From: Xanthobacteraceae bacterium | GTDB lineage: Bacteria > Pseudomonadota > Alphaproteobacteria > Rhizobiales > Xanthobacteraceae | Direction of reading: 5' to 3' | DNA length: 64,000 nt | NCBI GenBank assembly: GCA_049517455.1 | Contig: JBEKSB010000001.1 | Location: forward strand, 1,528 to 65,527 | Shown here: in pieces, positions 41,364-49,023 of the stretch | Layout of the letters: every line of letters starts with the position of its first letter | How positions within the stretch are numbered: position 1 is the first letter of the stretch | Translations under genes and position numbers: made by a program | Notes under the pieces: generated by a model | Told to the model about the DNA's origin: nothing | Seen by the model: the letters and a program-made list of their open reading frames with translations, nothing else | The model's database searches: none

Positions 41364-41739
41364 TTAGACCTCGGCGTAAGCCGTGGTTGAAAGCAAGCTG
41401 ACTTCGGCGTGACGAGAATCAAGCCGGGTGTACTGAACGATGATCGGAACGTCGGATTCGAAAACGGAAGAATAATCCGTGTCGCGGGGGACGGGCGCGG
41501 GTTGTTCGAGATCATTGAAACGCAAATGCAACGTGCGCCGCGCCGTGACTGCAACGCGATAAGGTCCGATTGGCTCCCGATCGGTGAAGAATATGGTGAT
41601 GTTGACGTGCGCTTCCTGATCGCCGGCGTTGAGGATGCAGGCGGTCTCGTGAGAGATTCAGTGCGCGATCAGAAAAAGAACTCTGCGAGGGAATTTATCC
41701 TTCGGCAACGGCCCAGCGGGTGCGTCCGATAGTAACCAT
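41364..41739 (-). pseudogene. Decayed ASRT-family (sensory rhodopsin transducer-like) gene
   Basis: The ATG at 41739 gives MVTIGRTRWAVAEG, then TAA where the family has Tyr (expected GYIP). After a frame change of one nucleotide near 41660 the reading continues ISHETACILNAGDQEAHVNITIFFTDREPIGPYRVAVTARRTLHLRFNDL...VPIIVQYTRLDSRHAEVSLLSTTAYAEV to the stop at 41364. Confidence 0.7.
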
Positions 41740-41933
41740 GTCAATTCCGACCAATACGATTGCCAGCGCCGAAAACAGCGGTTGCGCCCACGGCCCGACA
41801 AGAACCGCCGGAAGCTGGCTTTGGTTCCTGGATTGGAACTTTTCGGACAACCCGCGACTTATCGCCAACGGGGGTCGCGTTTTTGCGCACGGTCCGTTCA
41901 ATATTGGGACCGAATTACCGTGGAACCAAACAA

Positions 41934-42980
41934 ATGCGCGCCCTTACTGTCGCGCCGGGAACCGCCAATTCATCGCGGGTTGAAGACGTTGCCGATCCGC
42001 CTTTCTCGGACGGTGCGGTGCTCGTCCGCACGCTGGCGGTCGGCGTATGCGGCACCGACCGAGACATCGTCTCCGGACATTATGGCTCGGCGCCGTCGGG
42101 CCAAACGCGGCTGGTGATCGGTCATGAGTCGCTCGGTACGGTGCAGGAGGCGCCCGCCGGCTCGGGCGTGAAAGCCGGCGATCTTGTTGTCGGCATCGTG
42201 CGCCGGCCGGACCCTGTTCCCTGTTCCGCGTGCGCCGTCGGCGAGTGGGACATGTGCCGCAACGGTCGCTACACCGAGCGCGGCATCAAGGAGCGTCATG
42301 GCTACGGGTCGGAATTGTTTCGGGTCGAGCCCGACTTTCTCGTAAAGGTCGACGCGTCACTCGGCGTCACGGGTGTGTTGCTCGAACCCACCAGCGTTGT
42401 CGCCAAGGCCTGGGATCATACCGAGCGCATCGGTCAGCGCGCGCGCTCATGGCAACCGAAGACGATGTTGGTCACGGGCGCCGGTCCGGTTGGGCTCCTC
42501 GCCGCCCTCATTGGCGCGCAGCACGGCCTCGACGTCCACGTGCTTGATCATCATGAGAGTGTGAGGAAGCGCGACCTGGTGCGCCAGCTCGGCGGGACGT
42601 ACCATACGGAAAAACTCGCCAATCTTCGGCTCAAGCCAGACATCTTGATGGAGTGCAGCGGCGCTCCAACTGTGGTGCGCGACGTTCTCGGCAGCACGGC
42701 ATCCGGCGGCATCGTTTGCCTTGTCGGCGTCACCGAAACCGGTCACGACTTCGACGTCGATGTCGGAGCGCTCAATCGCACCATGGTGCTCGACAACGAG
42801 ACCGTGTTTGGGACGGTGAACGCCAACCGCTTACATTATGAAATGGCGGGCGGGGCGTTGCAGCGGGCGGACAAAGCTTGGCTCAATGGACTAATTACAC
42901 GGCGCGAGCCGGTCGAGCAGTGGACGCAATCATTGCAGCGGCAGCCCGACGACATCAAAGTCATCGTCGATTTTTCCTGA
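41934..42980 (+). CDS. Glucose 1-dehydrogenase-like MDR zinc dehydrogenase
   Basis: 348 aa from the internal ATG. GVCGTDRDI, GHESLG, structural-zinc region CSACAVGEWDMC, ERGIKERHGY. Confidence 0.75.
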   Translation: MRALTVAPGTANSSRVEDVADPPFSDGAVLVRTLAVGVCGTDRDIVSGHYGSAPSGQTRLVIGHESLGTVQEAPAGSGVKAGDLVVGIVRRPDPVPCSACAVGEWDMCRNGRYTERGIKERHGYGSELFRVEPDFLVKVDASLGVTGVLLEPTSVVAKAWDHTERIGQRARSWQPKTMLVTGAGPVGLLAALIGAQHGLDVHVLDHHESVRKRDLVRQLGGTYHTEKLANLRLKPDILMECSGAPTVVRDVLGSTASGGIVCLVGVTETGHDFDVDVGALNRTMVLDNETVFGTVNANRLHYEMAGGALQRADKAWLNGLITRREPVEQWTQSLQRQPDDIKVIVDFS

Positions 42981-42984
42981 CCAC

Positions 42985-44802
42985 ATGGCGCGCATCGAAG
43001 ACTACGCGATGATAGGCGATTGCAGGACTGCCGCACTCGTCTCTCGCGACGGCTCGATCGATTGGTTCTGCTGCCCGCGGTTTGATTCGGACGCGTGCTT
43101 CGCTGCGCTGCTTGGTTCGCGTGAGCACGGCCGCTGGTCGATCGCGCCGCGCGCGGAAGCTAGCGTCACCCGCCGTTATCGGCCGAACACCTTGGTGCTC
43201 GAGACCCATTTCGAGACCGAGGAAGGCGCGGCGACGCTCATTGACTTTATGCCGCCGGGCGACCGCCATTCGACCATCATGCGACTGCTCGTCGGAACGC
43301 GCGGCAAGGTGACCATGGGCACCGAGTTGATCTTGCGGTTTGGCTACGGCGCGGTCGTGCCGTGGGTTACGCGTCTAGAGGATGGCTCGCTGCGCGCGAT
43401 CGCCGGGCCGGACATGGTGGTCCTGCGGACCCCCGTGCATTTACACGGCGCGGATATGACGACCGTCGGCGAGTTCACCATCAACAAAGACGATACCATT
43501 CCGTTCGTTCTGAGTTATCTGCCCTCACACCTGCCGTTGCAGGCGCCCTTCGATCCGATGACTGCGCTGCACGACACCGAAACATTCTGGCAGGATTGGT
43601 CGGCGAAATGTCGGCCCGCCGGACCTTGGTCGGAAGCCGTTCTCCGTTCCATGATCACACTCAAGGCGCTCACTTACGCGCCGACGGGCGGCATCGTGGC
43701 GGCTCCCACCACCTCGCTGCCCGAGCAGCTCGGCGGCGAGCGCAATTGGGATTACCGCTTCTGCTGGCTGCGCGACGCCACGCTGGTTTTGCTCGGCGCC
43801 ATGAATGCCGGCTATTACGAAGAGGCGCAGGCTTGGCGTGATTGGCTGTTGCGCGCCGTCGCCGGCAGCCCCGATCAACTGCAGATCATGTACGGCATCG
43901 CCGGCGAGCGGCGGCTCACCGAATGGATCGCGCCGTGGCTCCCGGGATATGAAAATTCCGCGCCCGTGCGTATCGGCAATGCGGCCCACAGCCAACTCCA
44001 GCTCGATGTCTTCGGCGAGATCATGGATGTCCATTATCAGGCGCGCCGCAGCGGACTGTCGACCAACGAATCGGGATGGGCCGTGCAGCTCGCGTTCCTC
44101 GAACATCTGAAGAAAATCTGGCAGGAGCCCGACGAAGGCATTTGGGAGGTCCGCGGCGCGCCCCGGCACTTCACCCATTCCAAGGTCATGGCCTGGGTCG
44201 CGTACGATCGCTCGATCAAGAGCGCGGAAACGTTTGGGCTGGAAGGACCGCTCGACGAATGGCGCAAATTGCGGGACGAGATTTACGCGGAGGTGTGCGC
44301 GAAAGCGTTCGACAACGAGCTAGGCACTTTCGTGCAATCCTACGGATCGAAACAGCTCGACGCCAGCCTGCTGCTCATGCCCTGCGTCGGCTTTTTGCCG
44401 GTTTCCGATCCGCGCGTGGTAGGAACCATAACGGCGATCGAGCGTCGTCTGCTGCGCGACGGCTTCGTCATGCGTTACGAGACGGAGCAGACGGACGACG
44501 GCCTGCCACCCGGCGAAGGCGCGTTTCTCGCCTGCAGTTTTTGGCTTGTCGATGTTTGCGTGCTGCAAGGCCGCGTCGCAGATGCCGAGCGGATGTTTCG
44601 CCGTCTCATCGCGTTGCGCAACGACGTCGGCTTGTTGAGCGAAGAATACGATCTGCGTCTCAAGCGTCTCGTGGGCAATTTTCCGCAAGCCTTCTCGCAT
44701 ATGGCACTGGTCAACACCGCCTATAACCTGACGCGCGCCGAGAAACCGGTCGAGCAGCGCGCCCAGGCCGAGTACCAGTCACCGGAAAAGGCGGCGGAGT
44801 GA
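42985..44802 (+). CDS. Glycoside hydrolase family 15 (glucoamylase/trehalase-like)
   Basis: 605 aa. N-terminus IEDYAMIGDCRTAALVSRDGSIDWFCCPRFDS and a catalytic region with WDYRFCWLRDA. 4-nt gap after the dehydrogenase gene. Confidence 0.85.
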   Translation: MARIEDYAMIGDCRTAALVSRDGSIDWFCCPRFDSDACFAALLGSREHGRWSIAPRAEASVTRRYRPNTLVLETHFETEEGAATLIDFMPPGDRHSTIMRLLVGTRGKVTMGTELILRFGYGAVVPWVTRLEDGSLRAIAGPDMVVLRTPVHLHGADMTTVGEFTINKDDTIPFVLSYLPSHLPLQAPFDPMTALHDTETFWQDWSAKCRPAGPWSEAVLRSMITLKALTYAPTGGIVAAPTTSLPEQLGGERNWDYRFCWLRDATLVLLGAMNAGYYEEAQAWRDWLLRAVAGSPDQLQIMYGIAGERRLTEWIAPWLPGYENSAPVRIGNAAHSQLQLDVFGEIMDVHYQARRSGLSTNESGWAVQLAFLEHLKKIWQEPDEGIWEVRGAPRHFTHSKVMAWVAYDRSIKSAETFGLEGPLDEWRKLRDEIYAEVCAKAFDNELGTFVQSYGSKQLDASLLLMPCVGFLPVSDPRVVGTITAIERRLLRDGFVMRYETEQTDDGLPPGEGAFLACSFWLVDVCVLQGRVADAERMFRRLIALRNDVGLLSEEYDLRLKRLVGNFPQAFSHMALVNTAYNLTRAEKPVEQRAQAEYQSPEKAAE

Positions 44803-44810
44803 ACGGTCGC

Positions 44811-44887
44811 CGTCATTGCGAGCAGAGCGAAGCAATCCACGGAGCCGAATTCTCGATTGCTTCGTCGCTTCGCTCCTCGCAGTGACG
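44811..44887. repeat. REP-type imperfect palindrome (cgtcattgcgagcagagcgaagcaatc ... gattgcttcgtcgcttcgctcctcgcagtgacg)
   Basis: Inverted arms at 44811-44837 and 44855-44887, between convergent GH15 and dioxygenase genes. The motif class is common in Bradyrhizobiaceae genomes (from memory). Confidence 0.65.
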
Positions 44888-44897
44888 GGAGAATAGC

Positions 44898-45491
44898 CTA
44901 TAAAATAATGCTCGGATTGCGGATCGATTGATCGCACTCGATCAGGTTCACCTGCTTGGCCTGGATTTTCCAGCTACCGTCGCCGCGCACGACGCGGTGT
45001 CCTGCCCAGCCGGTCAATTGGCGGGTCTCGTCGCCCCAGAACTCGCTGATGAGGAAATTCGACCGCAGCATCCGCGCGTCGTCGCGGGCGGTCGAAAACA
45101 CCTCGACGTTGGTGATGAAGCGCACCGTCCGCGAGGCGGGCGCCTGCGACCAGGCAAAGCCTGTGCGCAGCCGATAGACGCGGTCTTCGAGGCGGCGGCG
45201 GTCGTCGAACATCACCGCAATCTCGCGGCGCGGGTCACCGGCGTTCGGGGTCGAAGGCACCCAGTAGATGCACTCCGGCGTGTACATGGCAAGCCAATCT
45301 TCGTAGCGCAGTTGATCGAGAAGTCGCGCCTCACGCTCCAGGAGACGGCGGAATTCATCGCGAATTGCGACGTCGCACACCGCGCGTGCGTCGTCCTGCC
45401 AGTCGGAGAAATTCGCCACGAGGTCGCGGTAGAGCGCATCGGTGACGTAGTACGAACTGCGCGACGGATCGAGCGGCGCCGGTGCGTTCAC
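44898..45491 (-). CDS. Aromatic ring-hydroxylating dioxygenase, beta (small) subunit
   Basis: 197 aa, SnoaL-like. Pattern LLDQLRYEDWLAMYTPECIYWVP. GTG start 1 nt after the alpha-subunit stop. Confidence 0.85.
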   Translation of the reverse strand: MNAPAPLDPSRSSYYVTDALYRDLVANFSDWQDDARAVCDVAIRDEFRRLLEREARLLDQLRYEDWLAMYTPECIYWVPSTPNAGDPRREIAVMFDDRRRLEDRVYRLRTGFAWSQAPASRTVRFITNVEVFSTARDDARMLRSNFLISEFWGDETRQLTGWAGHRVVRGDGSWKIQAKQVNLIECDQSIRNPSIIL

Positions 45492-45492
45492 G

Positions 45493-46875
45493 TCACGGCT
45501 CCCGCTGGATGGCGAAATTCGGCCGCGCCTGCATGAGCCGTTTCCATTCCTTGAAGTGCTCGCGCATGAACGCCTCGTCGGTCGCCGGCGCGGTGATCGA
45601 GCCGTCTTCGTGTGTCTTGACGCGGTCGGGAATGCCGAGGCCGCGGTTCATGTAGACCCACTCGTCCTCGATCGCCATAAGACCGCGCTGGATCTGCTCG
45701 AAATTGGCGATGTCGTCGACTTCGCCGAAATTCGGAAAACCTTCCTGGGTGCGCATGCGCAGCGCGTTGATGTCGGTAACGGTGTCGGCGCCGAGTTTGC
45801 CGTCCGCGTCGACAATCATGGTGCCGTACCAGACGGCGTTGGTCTCCTCGAAGCTGACCGGCTCGAACACTTGGATATGGTTGCCGAGCAGCGAGAAGTT
45901 CGGAAAGACATTGATGTTGACGGGTTCGGAGCCGGCGAGATCGAGAAGCGCAAAGGCGCGGTCGCCGTAGCGCCTTATGAAATCTGCTTCGTAGTGTTCC
46001 ATGCCGGGATGCGCGCTCTCCACTGCCCACAATCCGCCGGGCCGCTTTTCCAGATTCGGCCGCTTGTCCTTGAAGTGATTGCCGTGGCCGGTGTAGCGCA
46101 TATACATCGGTTGCGTGTCGGGCGAGTTACGGTAATAGGCCATGCCCTTGGCGTTCTCACCGGCAAAGCGGTTCTCGGTCTCCAGCAACGAACGATGCGA
46201 ATAGGCGACGTGGTAGCCGTCGCACGAATTATCGTAGGCGAGTTTCCAGTTGCCCTTGTAACGAAAGCGGTTGGCTTCGCAGACCACGACCTTGCCGCCG
46301 GGATTGCGGTCGAGCCACTCGTCGATGACGGTGCTGATCGGACCAAGATGCTCCACGAGCGGCAGCGCGTCCAGATTGAGCGTGCCGAAAATGAAGCCGC
46401 GGTACGATTCCACGCGCGGCACCTGGGCGAGATTGTATTTCGGATCGCGCAGGTCGGCGGCGTAACCTTCCGGCCACGGCACGCCGCGCAGCCGGCCGGT
46501 GTTGAGGAAATTCCAGCCGTGATAGGGGCATTGGAACGACTTGGTGTTGCCCTTTTCCCAGCGGCACAAAGTCGTGCCGCGATGCGTGCAGCGGTTATAG
46601 AGCGCGCGGATCTTTCCATCCGCGTCGCGCACGATGATGAGCGGCCGCAAGCCCATACGCCGGGTGATGAAGTCGTTCGCGTTAGGGATCTCGCTTTCAT
46701 GAGCAAGATAGGTCCACGTGCCGCCGAAGATGTTGGTCATCTCCGCTTCGAAAATGGCGGGATCGGTGTAGATCAGGCGATGGGCGCGGTCCTCCTGGAC
46801 CAGATAGTCCCAATCGTAGAGCGCCGTGCCGCCGCGTCGTGTCGGCTGCGGTCCGATCTTCTCCAGCGCCGTCAT
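45493..46875 (-). CDS. Rieske-type aromatic ring-hydroxylating dioxygenase, alpha (large) subunit
   Basis: 460 aa. Rieske motif CTHRG...CPYHGW. Mononuclear-iron region DGYHVAYSH. Confidence 0.9.
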   Translation of the reverse strand: MTALEKIGPQPTRRGGTALYDWDYLVQEDRAHRLIYTDPAIFEAEMTNIFGGTWTYLAHESEIPNANDFITRRMGLRPLIIVRDADGKIRALYNRCTHRGTTLCRWEKGNTKSFQCPYHGWNFLNTGRLRGVPWPEGYAADLRDPKYNLAQVPRVESYRGFIFGTLNLDALPLVEHLGPISTVIDEWLDRNPGGKVVVCEANRFRYKGNWKLAYDNSCDGYHVAYSHRSLLETENRFAGENAKGMAYYRNSPDTQPMYMRYTGHGNHFKDKRPNLEKRPGGLWAVESAHPGMEHYEADFIRRYGDRAFALLDLAGSEPVNINVFPNFSLLGNHIQVFEPVSFEETNAVWYGTMIVDADGKLGADTVTDINALRMRTQEGFPNFGEVDDIANFEQIQRGLMAIEDEWVYMNRGLGIPDRVKTHEDGSITAPATDEAFMREHFKEWKRLMQARPNFAIQREP

Positions 46876-46910
46876 GCCGTGCTCCTTATTTCTGCGGCTT
46901 GCGTAAGCGA

Positions 46911-46940
46911 ACTCCCTCTCCCGAGCGGGGAGAGGGGCGC
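46911..46940. repeat. GC-rich hairpin (ctCCCTCTCCCgagcGGGGAGAGGGg) between the GS-like and dioxygenase genes
   Basis: A 9-10 bp stem with a 4-nt loop in the 65-nt intercistronic gap. Confidence 0.5.
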
Positions 46941-48434
46941 TCAGAAGAAATCGAAATACTCATTCTGCTCCCACGCACTCGGCTCGTCGTTTTGCGACGA
47001 TGCGCCGGCTTCTTCGAGCGAACGCAAGTACCTGCTAGCTTCGGTTCGCTTCAGCTTGACGAAATAGTCGACGAAGGTATCGCCGAGCGCGCGGCGGAAC
47101 AACGGCTCTTTGTCGAGAGCGTCGAGCGCCTCCGGCAGGCTTTTCGGCAGCATCGGCCGCTCGGCAGCGTAAGGCTCGTCATTTGGCGGCGGCGGAGCGG
47201 ATTCGGCTTCGATGCCGGCAAGGCCCGCGACGATTTGCGACAAAATATAGAGATATGGATTGGCCGCGGGCTCGCCGATGCGGTTCTCAAGCCGTGTTGC
47301 AGCGTCGCCTAGACCACCCAGCACGCGGATCATGGCGCCGCGATGATCGTAAGCCCACGTCGCCCGATCTGGTGCGAGCGAATTCGGACGGAAACGGCGA
47401 TAGCCGTTGACCGTCGGCGTAGCAAAGGCCGCGCCAGGCACTGCGTATTGCAGAAGTCCGGCGAGATACGAATGGCCGAGCGGCGAAAGAATTTCACCGG
47501 GGTTCTGCGGCACGAACAGATTGACGCCACTTGAGGCATCGGTCAGTGACTGGTGCAGATGCCAACCGCTCGAATAAAAGCCCTTGAGCGCCGGACGGCA
47601 CATGAAGGTCGCAAAGTATCCGAGGCGCCGGCAAACTTGGCGCGTGGCGGTGCGGAACAAAAATACGTGGTCGGCGGCTTCCAGCGCCGCGCGTGGCGCG
47701 AAGGTGCATTCAACCTGTCCTGGTCCCCACTCGTTTTCGATCGAGCGTAATCCGAGCCTCAGCGCCTCGAAGGCTTCGCCGAGCGCGTCGAACACGGGCT
47801 GCATCAGGTCCATGTTGGACTCGGAATGGTAGTGATAACCGGGCTCGATCGGCCAAGTCCGGATCGGCCGGCCGCGTATGCCGGGCGTAGCGATATTGTC
47901 TTCGCTCAGGTGATCGTCGGCGACGCGAAGCAAATACCACTCTATCTCCGGGCCGACGACTGCGACCCAGCCGCGCTCGGCGAGTTTTTGTAGCGTCTTG
48001 CGCAAAAGCTGCCGCGGCGAGAAGTGAAACGGCCGGCCGTCGTTGAAGTATTCGTCACCGAGTATCCAGCCGACGCCCGGCGCCCAGGGCAACACGCGGA
48101 ATGTCGTCGGATCGCAGACGATAGTGAGATTGGGCGAGCCCGTCATCTCGTCGAGACCCATGCCGCCGCCGCGGGTGAACGAGGCGAACACGCGCGCGCC
48201 CGCGGAATCGAGTGTCGTGGTGGCGACGCCGATGTTGTAGCCGTTGGTCAACGCCGAGAGAAAAGCGGGCACCGTCAGTGTTTTCGCCCGCGAATAGCCG
48301 TGAGTATCGCCCCAGGCCAGCCGGACGAAGCGGAGCTTCTCCGCCTCGATCCGGCGCCTGATGTCGTCGGCGAGCCGTTTTTGCTCGTCGCTCCACAGGC
48401 CATGTTTTTCGATGAAAGTCTTCCGCTCACTCAT
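46941..48434 (-). CDS. Glutamine synthetase family protein (gamma-glutamyl-amine ligase-like)
   Basis: 497 aa from the internal ATG (MSERKTFIEKHGLW...). GS beta-grasp plus catalytic domain blocks (GPEIEWYL, NEWGPGQ.E, SGWHLHQSL, RIGEPAANPYL). Confidence 0.85.
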   Translation of the reverse strand: MSERKTFIEKHGLWSDEQKRLADDIRRRIEAEKLRFVRLAWGDTHGYSRAKTLTVPAFLSALTNGYNIGVATTTLDSAGARVFASFTRGGGMGLDEMTGSPNLTIVCDPTTFRVLPWAPGVGWILGDEYFNDGRPFHFSPRQLLRKTLQKLAERGWVAVVGPEIEWYLLRVADDHLSEDNIATPGIRGRPIRTWPIEPGYHYHSESNMDLMQPVFDALGEAFEALRLGLRSIENEWGPGQVECTFAPRAALEAADHVFLFRTATRQVCRRLGYFATFMCRPALKGFYSSGWHLHQSLTDASSGVNLFVPQNPGEILSPLGHSYLAGLLQYAVPGAAFATPTVNGYRRFRPNSLAPDRATWAYDHRGAMIRVLGGLGDAATRLENRIGEPAANPYLYILSQIVAGLAGIEAESAPPPPNDEPYAAERPMLPKSLPEALDALDKEPLFRRALGDTFVDYFVKLKRTEASRYLRSLEEAGASSQNDEPSAWEQNEYFDFF

Positions 48435-48652
48435 GGCCGGTCGTTGCAATTTATTTCCAATCTTGCGCCAGGCGCAAGAACGCGCGTTGACCCTCTGCGG
48501 ACCCTTTCCTACCGTTTGCGACCGCCGGGTAGCAAGCCGAGCCAGAACGCCATCTGCCCGAGCTTCCGGCCGGCGAGGGGACGACTGAAAGCGAGGCGCG
48601 TCTCCTGGCTGAAAATCTCGGCAATCTGCTGACGCCGGCGAGTGCACAAGGC

Positions 48653-49006
48653 GTGGCGGTCGCCGCTTTGCGCCCCGATGTGCAGCTCGAGGCGGTGTCA
48701 GCATTCTGCCGACGGAACTTGGGCGATCCGGGACTATCGCCGCAGATGGTTGCGGGCCGGTTCGGCATCTCGGTCTGCACGCTGCGTTTATGCTTTCAGA
48801 AACTCGGCGAAAGCTTCGGCAGTTGGGTGCTGAAGAGCCGACTGGACCGTTGCCGGGAAGCGCTACGCGATCCGCGCCAGACGACGTGCAGCATTTCCCA
48901 AATCGCCTATTGCTGGGGCTTCAACGACCTGTCGCATTTCGACAAGGCGTTCCGCGCTCGCTTCGGGATGGCGCCGCGCCAATGGCGAGGGGCCGCTCAC
49001 GCCTAG
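48653..49006 (+). CDS. AraC-family HTH domain only (truncated regulator, possibly a remnant)
   Basis: 117 aa covering only the two HTH units (...ISQIAYCWGFNDLSHFDKAFRARFGMAPRQWR). The frame is closed by a TAG at 48530-48532, so there is no room for a ligand/dimerisation domain. Confidence 0.6.
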   Translation: MAVAALRPDVQLEAVSAFCRRNLGDPGLSPQMVAGRFGISVCTLRLCFQKLGESFGSWVLKSRLDRCREALRDPRQTTCSISQIAYCWGFNDLSHFDKAFRARFGMAPRQWRGAAHA

Positions 49007-49023
49007 TCCTCCGGCGGATTGAT

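Noticed and set aside
48024-48632. 202-aa plus-strand ORF that could have supplied an AraC N-terminal domain.
   Set aside because: It is in a different frame from the HTH ORF and mostly antisense to the GS-like gene. It has shadow-ORF composition.
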